The position numbers were made by a program, and so were the translations under genes. Below are positions 24,955 through 36,690 of a stretch of 62,000 nt of DNA, one piece after another (positions within the stretch are counted from its first letter, which is position 1; each line of letters opens with the position of its first letter). The DNA comes from Wallemia ichthyophaga EXF-994 (lineage: Eukaryota > Fungi > Basidiomycota). Under the pieces are notes generated by a model. The model did not search any database. It had not been told where the DNA came from and saw only the letters and a program-made list of their open reading frames with translations. The stretch covers positions 360,001-422,000 of the forward strand of contig NW_008806282.1 in assembly GCF_000400465.1 (NCBI RefSeq), in the 5' to 3' direction.

Positions 24955-25379
24955 TTTTCGTTGTGGTGGAAGTTTAAGTTCAAGGAAGAGACAATTGCAC
25001 CACACAAATGTACGTCAGATTTATGACATTCCAACCTTATTCATATTTAGGTGGAGGTGAAGTTTTTATTAAAAAACGCTCTAAATGAACGAGCGTGGCT
25101 GTTTCGCATATAGATTTCACATTGAACCTGCGGCAGCTGTAAAATCTGATATGCGTGCCTTAATAAAACCCTGACGTTCATGACGCAGATACAAAGGCTG
25201 CGATGGAAATGAAGCCACGTGAACATAGCCTATATACTTTAAAGTCGTAGGAATTTTATGCAAGACAAGGCTGTTTCACTATCTGCCCGACGCACGGCCA
25301 CTCCGCATTTCAGTCGGCCAATCAGCTTTCGATCATTAATTTAAGCGCGTTTGAATATTTTACCACTCGTGCTAAGATA

Positions 25380-26585
25380 ATGTCATCTGCAGAAACGCAG
25401 CCCAAGCCACAAGCATCTGCGTGCGAGGACTACCAAGTGAACAGGTTCTTAGGACTCTGGAACAGGATCAAAGGTGTTGTAACGTTACCACCGAAATTGC
25501 TGCCATTCCTCATCCTTCACACCCTTGATCCGATTCTATTCCTCCTCAATATCCTAACTATCCCCTTCCCAAGAGCTAAGCCTGAATCTCAACACAAATG
25601 GACGCTTGCCGATAGAATGTTGGCCAAGGCATGTCAATGGAGTGGTTGGGGTAAGATCACTGAATCTGACAAGAAGATGATCCTCTCTGCCCTCAATAAC
25701 TACGCTGCACCCGGCGAAGAAGACTCACGTTCCCCATGTCCTGGTCTCAACGCTATGGCCAATCACGGTGAGTGTAATATATGTCAGTTTACCAACGCAC
25801 TGACACACACAGGATTCATTCCACGCCACGGCAAGCACGTATCTCTCTCCGTTATCTGCGTTGCCATCAAGAAGACTTATGATTTCGCTCCGACGTTTGC
25901 ATACCAACTGACGTCAGCTGCCGGCTTCATTTCCAAATCTTCCGGCGACGGCAAGACATGGTTAGATTTGAAAGACATCGAAGCGCCAAATGTGATTGAG
26001 CACGATGCATCTTTGTTGCGTGAGTGGAGGTAGTTCTCAATTTTTCCGCTAACTAGTGTACAGGCCATGACCGCATGTTCCAGCCAAATCAAGGTGCACC
26101 AGCTGTAGACCTCTGCGAGCGCACACTCCAGTTTGCGCACCCACCAAAGCAGCCAGGTGCACCAGGCAAGAAGGGCAAGTCGTGTCTCAACACGGAATCC
26201 ATGTCCAAGGCTCTCTACGAACGTAGGCTCATTTGCTCATCCGATCAAGATCCAAACCGCGAGAACAAAGTCAGAAACGGCCAGTACTTCTTGCCAGGTA
26301 AGCTCAAGATATTCGGCGCCGGTAACTCGGCTATCCCACTCATTCTCTGGGATGGTAGACAAGATTACATCAGACCTTTCTTCGTCGAAGAGCGCTTGGC
26401 TTACAGAGAGGGATGGCACCCATACACCCGTGAAGATCCTGCTGGATTCTTCGGTCTCTCGTTCATGTACTTTATGTGAGTTAGGTACTTGCGAATACAC
26501 GCAGCTAATGATGCAACGCAGGCTTGTATTCGCAACCATCGAGCATGGCGTTGGTAACATCTTCACCAAGAAGAAAAAAGATTAA
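25380..26585 (+). CDS. Heme-thiolate peroxidase/unspecific peroxygenase (chloroperoxidase family), ~356 aa
   Basis: SRSPCPGLNAMANHG|FIPR (PCP proximal Cys) and IEHDASLLR (short-UPO EHD-S motif). Introns 25768-25812, 26020-26063 and 26476-26521; spliced length 1071 nt is in frame. Confidence 0.92.
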
Positions 26586-26616
26586 TGCGATATCTGACGT
26601 TTAATGATGAACTTTT

Positions 26617-27788
26617 TTAATTTATCGATATGTCTTTAAATCCAATTACATGTTTCAGTATATCGCTCAGCGCGACGATACCTACGAGTGCGCCTTTCCT
26701 CCTGATTTGCCCATTAGGCAGCGTCTTATCCTCATCTTCGACCATCACCAAGCGATGAACCCTCCTCTTGGCGATGAGTGAAAAGACATTCGCCAGTGTC
26801 TCCTTTGGTGAGCAAGTGATGACACCGGGGAACTCGGCAGATCTCTGCGCTAACGCCGATGAGATTGTTAAATCGAGTGACTGATAGCTGCCTAGCCTGA
26901 CTAGCGTAATAACATCCACAGTCTCATAAAGATTAATCACTGCACCCTCCTCGTCGACGATGGGTACTGCAGAGATACCCTTGGCGGAAAACTGGTGAAC
27001 GACGTCAAAGACAGTAGTATCCATGGTGGCTACTGCTAATGGTTCAAGTGAAGTATCACTATTAGACGCGTATGTGCCTATATTCAACTCCAGTAGTGTT
27101 TTCTGTAATCCAAGTGTTTCCTTGCAATTCATGGCTATAAATTTGAGCACTCTGTACTGAGTAAGCACCGAGAGGACGACCTCAACATCCGTTCTATCGT
27201 CATGATCAATTAGGGGAAGTCTCCGGGCATGGGATGTCATTAGAATGTGACACGCTTCGAGTAGAGGACGCATCGGATGTATGGAGTGAAGAGGAGGAGG
27301 CAAAACTTCTATAGCGGTTTCGATATCTTGAATAGTCAGCCAGGCTAATGCAACAAGTCGAAACTCACCTCTGAGGTTACCTAACGTCAGCTGCTCGACA
27401 TCGTCAGCCGCGCCCTCGTAAGAGCTGGTAGTAGCATAGTAGTATTGCATCAAGTGTACTAGATCTGAAATAGTCAACATTCCAGCGAACTTGCTTTCAA
27501 CGGATGACCAAAGCGGGGCGGAGACTACGCCTGAGAGGGTATCAACAGGGGAACACTATAAGCACCCAAACACCACGCACCATTCTGAACCAAAGCATTC
27601 AAAGCCTTAATAACTTGTAGCCGCGTATCGAAAACAATCATTTTCGATGAAACGGGTAAGATTGATAAACAGTCCTTTGATTGTAGGAAAGTGCGTATAG
27701 CCTCAATAGATTTATCATGATCAACAGGCGTCCGCTGTACTGTATTCCTACGCGGTCTGCCTTGAATTGGAATAGCGGGTGTACTCAT
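26617..27788 (-). CDS. SNF4: AMPK/SNF1 gamma subunit (4 CBS domains)
   Basis: LPVSSKMIVFDTRLQV..ALNALVQNG, FAGMLTISDLVHL, RRVHRLVMVE, GIVALSDIL. Confidence 0.95.
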
Positions 27789-27865
27789 CAATGATGACGA
27801 TACGAGAGCAAGGTATTTGTGAAGAATGAGATTTATTTGAGTAACAAATGTATTTATAATCAATT

Positions 27866-28586
27866 TTAGACTGATTCTTTGGGTTTGTTAGTGGATAAAG
27901 CCATCAAGACATTAAAAACTCACGCTTAATGAGGTTGTTAAGCTTGTTTACCTTGCTAGCAACAGACAAGTCAACAGTCTTCTCACCAAACTCAACGACG
28001 AGCCCGCCAAGGAGCGCTGGGTTCACTTTGCTGACAAACTTAATCTTCTTTCCTTCTGCAGCGATTGATGAGTTTTTAAGTGTAGCTTCAAGACGTGATT
28101 GGAGCTTGGAATCGAGCTCTTGAGCTGACTCAACAACAACCTCTACATCGCCATTGTGGGCGCTGATGAGCTTCTCAAACTCTTCAACGACCTTTGAGGT
28201 TGAAGCGAGTCTACCATTCTCTGAGAGAGTAGACAGGAGGTTCTTGGTGATTTCAGACTTGGCACCAGAGAACTTGAGAGCCTCTTCAATGCCTTGTACA
28301 CGTGCATCGTTGGAGAGTGTTGGGTTGGTAATGAGGTCCAACAACTTGTCGTTCTTTGGAATCGAAGCTTTCAATCCGCTCAATTCTGTGGCAACTTGAG
28401 TGAGCGACTTTGGTGACTCCTTCAATGCCGCTGTGTACGCTGCAGTTGCGTACTTTCCTGGAAGCGAGTAGAGGGTAATTGGTGGCTAAATTTTATTAGA
28501 AAAGCCACAAAACGTTACCAAATACTCACGGAAACCTTTGCTTGAGTTGCGTAGCCTCTAACGCTGTTGAAAGATCTATTCATCAT
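27866..28586 (-). CDS. ATP5: Mitochondrial ATP synthase OSCP subunit (3 exons)
   Basis: PPITLYSLPGKYATAAY, NLLSTLSENGRL, KVNPALLGGLVVEFGEKTVDLSV. Confidence 0.95.
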
Positions 28587-29037
28587 GGTGGTTATGGTGC
28601 AGAGACGAGATATCCACAAAGAATCTTAATGGACTTGTGATCCACTCTATCACACTCACAAACCACTCACAAACTCTTTCATCCTACTTTAATCTTTTTT
28701 ACGACTCTTCTGTGTCGCTTCTGCGATGAGCTCCGAGATTGATCCATAGGGCAATCCAACTTGGAATTGACAAGTTTGATTCTTTAGTCTTTAATTTCTT
28801 CATCTTTGAAATATGTTCATCCTTTTCAAGCTGATTTTTATTTCCTGGCCACCGTCTCAACGCTATAGCTAAACATACTTGTATAATACAATGCAATAAA
28901 TTATTATTTAATAGGAACTTAAGAAACTTATTTACATCTTGACAGCAGAGATCAGCTAGTTACCGATCAAGCTTTGCTTTTCACCATTCAATCTTCTGAC
29001 TCATTTTTATACATTAATCTTTATTGTAATCATTAAT

Positions 29038-29408
29038 CTAGCATTCATCGCTGTCGTTGTATCCGCAATTCGTTGCTGCTACTTTACCTCCTTGCTTGCG
29101 ACACCATGCAGACAGACCAGCGATATCTCTGTCATTTCTTTCGAATCCGCGGTATGTCAGACGACAATAGTCACAGTTACAGCCGAACATATTACAACTG
29201 TGGCAGCTATGCCATGCGCAGGAGTTGTTTGGTACACCGCTTTGAATTCCTAGGTAATGTTAGCAAAATGAATGTCATTGAAAGACTTGTTCTTACCTGA
29301 AATGAGCTTGCCATTTGCATCTTTGCATCGATAGTCGCATCTGCCTTTGTTTTCAGCCTGGACAGCGAGAAAGATTGATGAAATGACGATAAGCTTCGAA
29401 AATATCAT
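29038..29408 (-). CDS. Small secreted Cys-rich protein, paralogue A (107 aa, 11 Cys)
   Basis: Spliced over intron 29250-29296: MIFSKLIVISSIFLAVQA-ENKGRCDYRCKDANGKLISGIQSGVPNNSCAWHSCHSCNMFGCNCDYCRLTYRGFERNDRDIAGLSAWCRKQGGKVAATNCGYNDSDEC*. Confidence 0.9.
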
Positions 29409-29834
29409 CTTGATTGTGCTTAAATAAGCCTCAATTTCAGTTCCTTGTATTTATGTCGTTGCCTCGGCACAGGTCATCACATGTGAATGAGAAATGAATG
29501 GAGTTTCAGAACATCAAACTGAGACATAAAGGCGCCAAAAGTTCGCAGTAGCGAGCCTGAAAAACATTCTTTTCTAAGAAAAAAAATATTTGTTGACCAT
29601 TAATTTCGGCCATCGATGTTAACTTCTTTCGCAGTCAAAATTTATAACTTTCCAACCAAGCCAAAGTTACCGATGACCAGCATATTCCAAGTCGTTTGAA
29701 TGCTTTCGATTGTAATTTGGTGAAGGAAAAATGTCTTCAGACCATATCTTAACGTTTTGTGTGGCGAGAATAATAGATTCAAATTTGCACATGAATGTCA
29801 TCGTTTGATTGTCATAAAGAGTTTTACAGTTATC

Positions 29835-30322
29835 CAGAATTCTTTACTAAAACAACTATCGCAGTATGTTTCTTTTATTTCACCTTCTCGTCTGTAGCAC
29901 CAGCTATCAATTTTACTAACGGGCTTATCGCTAGGGTAATTGAAAGTCGGCAATCGTCGCAGTTATTACCTAATATATTACAAATGTGGCAGCTATTCCA
30001 CTAACACCTATCGTCGTATATGGCGCTTTGAATGCCTATATATACTTTCAGTATGTTGAAGGTTTTCAAATTGTCCACTATTACCTGTAATGTGGGGGCC
30101 ATTTGAACCCATTCACCAATATTTGCACCTCTCTGCATAATAATTATGGAGATGTACAATGCAGATTTTGCGATGGTATGTTTCGTACCCTTGATCGAGT
30201 ACTTCGTAATGCTCAGTCACCATCCTTCCTGGTGTCTCTGAATACTTTACAGTTTATATCACTGAAGCAGCATTAACAGTGAGAGTGGTTAAGGCAATGG
30301 CAATTAGTTTTGAAAAGATTTT
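29835..30322 (-). pseudogene. Decayed paralogue of the secreted Cys-rich family
   Basis: Signal peptide IFSKLIAIALTTLTVNA without an ATG; ~150 nt of unrelated sequence with a stop in exon 1; intron 30036-30084 at the family position; exon 2 GIQSAIYDDRC*WNSCHICNILGNNCDDCRL has an in-frame TAG at 30001-30003, then frame decay. Confidence 0.85.
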
Positions 30323-30614
30323 GTTTAAAGATCTACAAGGAAAAACTATCATTTATAGCTCTGACACCTGTCATTGCGTCGATACGTCGTCACGGTAGAC
30401 AAAGCTGAGACAGGTTGTATAATTCAGGTTGTAGCATTAATGCGCTCGAAAAGCACTATTTCTACGGCATTTATTCACTTTCAGCAAACGAGGTCAAATT
30501 CTGACAGCAGAGATCATTTAGTTACCAATCAAGCTATCTTCTTATTCCTGAGACGAATACCTATTCATCGCTTTTGTTTGTTTTTACACATTACTCCTCA
30601 TTAAGACTATTCCT

Positions 30615-31002
30615 CTAGCAGTATTGGTTATCTATCCTGGTAGAGCAATTTTCAATTTCCCATTCCCCTCCTTGATGGTTGCACCACTCTTTAAAACCTT
30701 CAATATCTCTTTGGTTTCTGTTAGGCCCGCTTTCTGTCAGACGGCAGAAGTCACAGTTGTAGCCGAATATGTTGCAACTGTGACAAGCATGCGAGGAGCA
30801 GTAGCTGTCTGGTATACCGTTTTGAACTCCTAGATAATTGTAAGAAGATCAAAACTTCGAAGGACTGTTTCTTACCTGTGATTCGCGTTTCAAATTTATC
30901 ACGGCTATAGCACATGAAGGAGCATTGTGTATTTCTATGACGATTGCGAGCGTTTACTGCGAGAAACACTGAGAAAATAGCGACAAGCTTCGAAAACAAC
31001 AT
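30615..31002 (-). CDS. Small secreted Cys-rich protein, paralogue B (113 aa, 10 Cys)
   Basis: Intron 30830-30875: MLFSKLVAIFSVFLAVNA-RNRHRNTQCSFMCYSRDKFETRITGVQNGIPDSYCSSHACHSCNIFGYNCDFCRLTESGPNRNQRDIEGFKEWCNHQGGEWEIENCSTRIDNQYC*. Confidence 0.9.
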
Positions 31003-31701
31003 CTTGATCGAGTGAAAAAAGGCCATATTCACAACTATTTATACTTCTGTCATACGTCATTACCTCGGCACAGGCTCTCTCACAAGTGTATGACAATTGA
31101 ATGAACTTACGAAATGTCAGACTGAAACAGGAAAATCGCAATAGTTCTGCAGTACCGAGCCTAAGTTTTTGCCCTCAACTTTCGGTAAACGATGTCAAGA
31201 TCTTTGACAGCATATTAATAATTTGCCAACAAAGCTAAATTCACCGATGATTCGCTTATTTCAGGTTGTTCGAATGCTTTTGGCTGTGATGTTTCTAGAC
31301 CATGTCTTAACTTTTTGCGTGGCTAACATATTATATGCAAAGTCCCAGGTATATGTTCTGATCTCATTGTCATAGTCATTGTATAATACGTCATTGATGA
31401 AGCTTTAAATTGAGTTAAAGTTTCTGTGATTAAGTCCGATAGAATTATGGACACTATACTAAAAATGCAGCTCGTCATTACGGTAACTAGAGCTGAATCG
31501 TGTTGTACGATGTTGAAGCAAGAGCTTCAGGTGCAGCATTCACTATAAATACTTTCGAAATACACTATCTACGCTACAATCAATCCACTTTTGGCCAACG
31601 AGGTCAAATGTTTGATATTTAAGATTAATGATTTAGTTCGTATTTATGGACAAATTTATTTACTCCTTGTTCTATTATTCTCCAATTGTAGCATCCTTTA
31701 T

Positions 31702-32096
31702 TTAACATTCTCTGCTGTCATTGTATCCGCAATTGTGTTCTGCTATTCTGCCTCCTTTATTTTGACACCAATTAGTCACACGTGTAATATCTATTGAATT
31801 CTTATTTCCGTTAGAAGTGTCGCTCCCGGGTGCATAGTCCTCGAAGCGGCAGTACGTGCAGGCTGATGCGACAAAGTTACAACCGTGGCAGCTATACCAT
31901 GCGCAACTATCTTCCGGAACAGGACTTTGAATTCCTGGCTCTTATTATCAGAAAATATTAGTTTATATTTCTCATCATTACCCTTTATAACTTTGCCAGT
32001 ATATTTGTCGTTGCATTGATAGTTGCATCTGTATTTTCTTTCAGCGCTAACAGCAAGTGCAATTGAGACGATAGTGACGAGCTTTGAGAGATACAT
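31702..32096 (-). CDS. Small secreted Cys-rich protein, paralogue C (115 aa, 10 Cys)
   Basis: Intron 31935-31981: MYLSKLVTIVSIALAVSA-ERKYRCNYQCNDKYTGKVIKGIQSPVPEDSCAWYSCHGCNFVASACTYCRFEDYAPGSDTSNGNKNSIDITRVTNWCQNKGGRIAEHNCGYNDSREC*. Confidence 0.9.
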
Positions 32097-32124
32097 CTTG
32101 GTTAAGTGTAAATGAAATGTACAA

Positions 32125-32190
32125 CTTTTATACCTCTGAAACCTTGGCATGTGTCAGAACATTTTTATCAAAGCTGAGGTAAGGATGAAT
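32125..32190 (-). promoter_or_regulatory. Conserved TATA-containing promoter block shared by paralogues C and D
   Basis: TATAAAAG at 32132-32125 and 33392-33385, within ~60 nt of alignable upstream sequence. TATAAATA at 31043-31036 for paralogue B. Confidence 0.7.
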
Positions 32191-32564
32191 CAACTTAATG
32201 CAAAACACACCCAACTTATTGTATGATATTATAAGTATAACGTCAAATTCAGATCCTAATCGTATTCCACCTTCCAAATTTTATTTGACAATCGGAGCTA
32301 TTGACCAGTCGATCAAATCAAATACGTCAACGACACACGCTTAACTTCCGACATAATGTCTGAAGCACGTCAAGAGTCGAATACAATGTCACCGTCATCA
32401 AATACTTGGTAGAGGAAAGATCAACCTCGTAAAAATTGAGTGGATGGTAATAAAAGGGTCTTTTGGAAACGCTAAAAGCATATGATTATAAGGACTTTTG
32501 AATTCAATTCAATTAGAATTACATCAGAAAATAGATGATTGAGGGAATATCCAGAAATGCGGAC

Positions 32565-32599
32565 GAAGTTAATGAGAAGTTAATGAGAAGTTAATGAGA
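32565..32599. repeat. 11-nt tandem repeat (gaagttaatga x3)
   Basis: Read directly from the sequence. Confidence 0.9.
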
Positions 32600-32976
32600 G
32601 GAGAAGTGAAATGCTTGAATCCCAGTTGAATTTTTGTGTGCTGTATCGTACAAGTTTTCAATACTTCGCTTTCCTGTGCTCATCTTCTCACTTCGTTGAC
32701 CATATTGCGGGGTGAGCTGAGCAGATAGATACTGTCGATTTAGCGGTAATTCAGAGAGCTTCTTGAACTGATTTTTCAATAAAAACTCTCTGCTATTTCA
32801 GTATCTCGGTATGAGGTTATCATTGCGCTGTACGTATAGGCCCATTTCTATTCCAGACAATCACACAAGGCAAGACGTTCTGCGACAGATTTGCGAGCTT
32901 TGAAATCTTCGACTGTGATGTGAAAATGTATTCCTTATTCCATTTTAATACATTGGCTCCGACAGAAATTTTTTAT

Positions 32977-33351
32977 CTAGCATTCATGGCTATCATTATC
33001 GCCGCACTTGTGTGTTACTATTTTACCTCCTTGCTTATTACACCAATCAGTTACACCGACAATATCTCGCTCGTTTCCAATCTTTGAGTATTTCTTAGTT
33101 GTGAGGCGGCAGTAATCGCAGTTTGCTCCGGCGATGTTACAACTGTGGCAGCTTTGCCAGGTGCAAGCATTGTTCGGTACACCCTTTTGGATTCCTATAT
33201 CATTTTAACAGTATAAAAAGTCCAATAGGCCACTATTACCTGTAATAAGCTTGCCGTTTTTGTCGTTGCACTGATAGTTGCATCTGTATTTTGATTTAGC
33301 GCTGACAACAAGTGCAATTGAGGCAATTGCGATGAGCTTTGAGAGATACAT
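32977..33351 (-). CDS. Small secreted Cys-rich protein, paralogue D (109 aa, 10 Cys)
   Basis: Intron 33195-33239: MYLSKLIAIASIALVVSA-KSKYRCNYQCNDKNGKLITGIQKGVPNNACTWQSCHSCNIAGANCDYCRLTTKKYSKIGNERDIVGVTDWCNKQGGKIVTHKCGDNDSHEC*. Confidence 0.9.
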
Positions 33352-34411
33352 CCTAATTTAAGGAAGTTGAGAAAGAAACTGAGACTTTTATACTTCTGAA
33401 ACATTGACATATGTCAGAACATTTTCATCGCAGCTGGAGTAAGAATGATGAAAGGAAATGGAGGACATGAGCAATAAAGCGACGATGAGTTAATGTGGCA
33501 TTCATTAAGGCATTTGTAGCCATTTCTTCGAAACGCATTGTTTTCACTTCACTACAGCTTCCTAACTCACCTTTGTCTCCCTCTGCTTTCTGCCATGCAT
33601 GTCAAACCTATTCTGACAGTCGGAACCATTGAGATGCCGATCAAGATGGATATGAAAACAAAGCTTGTGTCGACTTCAGCCAATAGAATGAGAGTGCGGC
33701 TGCCCCAGTTTGTGAACTTCCGAGTGCGATCGATGCCATAGTTCGCGACTATATCATGAGCTGAAAACGCGGGTCTCGTCCAAAACTGCGTTACCTGCGT
33801 AGTCGATGAAAGGCTGCAACTCTCATGAAGTTTTTACCAGGTTTGTCCAGTCTCAGCGCCATGCAGACAAGGTTGGAGGCACCTGTGAAGAAGGCATAGT
33901 TGAACAGTGCTCCATGAAAGCTGCCATATACTGCAAAAGTGATGAAATAAGTGTCTGGGGGAGAAGGAGCTCTTTAATACCCCCACAGAACGCGTATGAA
34001 TGCCTTAACATAACCGATAGCGGATGATAAACAGTGCAAATGCATATATAACACATCAGAACCAACTATAATAGCCAATTGTGGTTGTGAGAAGGTTCTA
34101 AGGCAGCAATTCCTAAGCTGCTTCTGTCTGCTTCGAATGCAGCTAACTTGGCAAGTGATGCAGGGGATGTAGGGGATGCTGGAAATGGCCGACAGAGATG
34201 ATTCAAGCAAGAAGCGGGACGGTCATGTACACAAAGCCAGAACGCCCAATGCTTGCACATATCACCAATCCACATGCACTTGGTTACGCAGCAAAAAAAT
34301 CCAAGTAAAGGAAATGAAGAGATTTGAACATTTAAAGCTTTTAATATTTGTAAATATCGTAGTGTCGATTGCCGAATCGAAGCCGCTTACATCACAACTA
34401 CCACTTGCAGT

Positions 34412-36586
34412 ATGAGCAAGCAGCGCGTATCCAGAAAATCGCTGAGACGGCCAACGACATTCTATGGCGCAAGTGAAGAAATCCCGCCGATGCCTCGCCA
34501 GTCGATGACGCAGGAGGATCTCCCAGCGACCACCAAAGCAGCGGCACCGATAGGGGCGAAGAAATACAAACCAAAGGCACACGCAAAGGATAGAAAGGAA
34601 GGCAAAGATAGTGAGAATGATAGCAAGACGAGATTAGGCGAGAAGCTCAAAAAGAGGCTGTCCGTCAAGTACACCTATCAGCAGCCAAAGACGAGGACAG
34701 TTGGCAGCGCACCACCTGTGCCCTCCCTCCCGAGCACTCATATACCCAACCAGAAACAGACGCCGCAGACGGAAGATGTCAGAGAGAGCTTACTTGAGGA
34801 TATCGACGAGAACCGAGTCAGCCAAGTGAGCCAAGTGGATGCCGATATTGATATCATCAACAGAGAGTGGCTCCAGCAGCCAGACTTTGATGCTCAAGCT
34901 TGTGAGTGCGCTCATGTCTTTCTATTCACGTCTAACTCCGATAAGACATTCGTACACACCTCGCTAATGCCAGTGAGGACGAGGTGGAACACTTCAAGCA
35001 GGCCCTCACTGATGCTATGCAGTCTACCAATTTGCAACTCGAACAGAGTGCATTCAAGAAGTATGTGGATCGTTTTCTATGTTGTCTTAGCTCACACTCT
35101 CAAAGTTACGCTGACTTTATCGCCATTTCAAAGGAGATTGGCGCTCTCGAGACAGAGGTGCTCGAGCTGCGCGAGCTGCTTGGGGAGTGGAGAAGCCTCC
35201 CGGAAGCATTCGGTGTTGAGAACGTAGAGTCTGATCTGGAGACAACAAAGAAGAAGAGATCATCAGTTGCAGATCTTGCAGCCGTGTACAGGACCCAGCT
35301 GCAGACGCTACACTCTACAGTCGAGGGTTCGTTGAAACACGTACCTCATGCACCAGGCAGACATGTCGTGACGACTGCATCCAAGTTCGTTGAATTGAAC
35401 GCTGCGACTTACAGAGTAGCGCAGTCTGTCGAAATGGTCTTGCTGAATGACACCCTCCTTATAGCCAGCAAGAGAAGACGTCAAGCTAGTGGCGGTCGCG
35501 AGAAGCTCATCGCCGATCGTGCTTGGTCTTTGTCTGAAATCAATATCCAGGATCTCCGAGATTCGATTAAGGTGACGAATTCTATCAAAGTTAAGCATAA
35601 CAAGCAATCGTATGTGTATATGGCTGAGTCGCCGAGCGATAAAAATGTCTTCTTGAATGCCGTTAAGCAAGTCGCAGAAGAATACCAAGCGCAAATGGAG
35701 CAGCAGCAACATAATCAAGAAGGAGATCTCTCGCCTAATTTCATTATCAGTCCTTCGATAGCGTCAATCCAATCGACGAATTCGCCTTTAAGAACGCCTA
35801 TATCCTCTTCTAACAAACACTTGCAATGGATGGAAGACTTTATCGATGAGCTGTCAGTTAGTGTCGCCGTCAATGACCACCATGCTGCTGTCGAGCACGT
35901 GGAGCAAGGACGGAAAATGCTCAGAAGCACCGATGACAAAAGTGAACGGGAGGCACTACAAGCCCAAATAGCGCACCAAAAGGGTATACTAGTGAGAAAC
36001 CTGCTACGCGTTGTCGACGACTTTTCAAGACTTCGGGAGCATGTTCTAGTTGATGTTATCTCGCTGTTGCACAGATTGGATGAAGCAGGCGCCGGCAGAG
36101 ACACCTACTTGAACAGTCGCAAAGAGCTCATCAAGCATAGGTCGAGGCAGATGGTGTTTGATGGAGACGTAGTCAACTACGTTGCTGAATTAGCAGTCAT
36201 CACCTTTACGATAATCAAGCAGTCGGCAGAATGGTTCAGGGCTGCATTCATTAATACGAACAAAGCAAGCGGTGAGTGGGACGCATTAAATCTCGCCAGC
36301 CAAACTGATCACCATCAGGATATGGAAACTGGGCATCTGAGCAGATTAAAACGTTTGCAGTCATGTTCAGACGACAGGTATATGGCTCGCATCTGGGGAA
36401 GAGCATTATTGAGCGTGCGATTCAAGTAACACACGAGCAAGGACAGAGAGTAGGTGATGGATAAGAAGGTAACGCTGCGCTGACTGACTGATTGCACAGA
36501 TACTGAAAGAGGTGCAGACGTCGACAGACCTGTGTGTCATACTTAATAAGCAGATGGAGGAGCAAGTATCGCCTAGTCTGATTTGA
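34412..36586 (+). CDS. EXO84: Exocyst subunit Exo84 (multi-exon)
   Basis: Vps51-like N-terminal segment, SVADLAAVY..QLQTLHSTVEGS, PH domain (KFVELNAATYR...VLLNDTLLIA), C-terminal helical region YVAELAVITFTIIK...W..EQ...F...FRRQVY. Confidence 0.88.
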
Positions 36587-36690
36587 TGGAAAATGATTTA
36601 CATTGATATACTGATTATAATCACATGGAGAGTGTTGCGTAAGGTATAATAAATAATGGCCAAATAATAGGTTGTTTGCGATAATTATAC

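Noticed and set aside
32591-32779. 62-aa ORF next to the 11-mer repeat
   Set aside because: Non-ATG start, no motif or signal peptide; likely random.
29038-33351. Secreted Cys-rich proteins as hydrophobins or KP4 toxins
   Set aside because: No CC doublets or 8-Cys hydrophobin pattern, and the spacing differs from the KP4 pattern I recall; left as an unknown family.
28600-33500. Intact transposon or CRISPR-like array in the AT-rich island
   Set aside because: No transposase or RT motifs, terminal repeats or repeat-spacer structure; the repeats are gene-duplication remnants.
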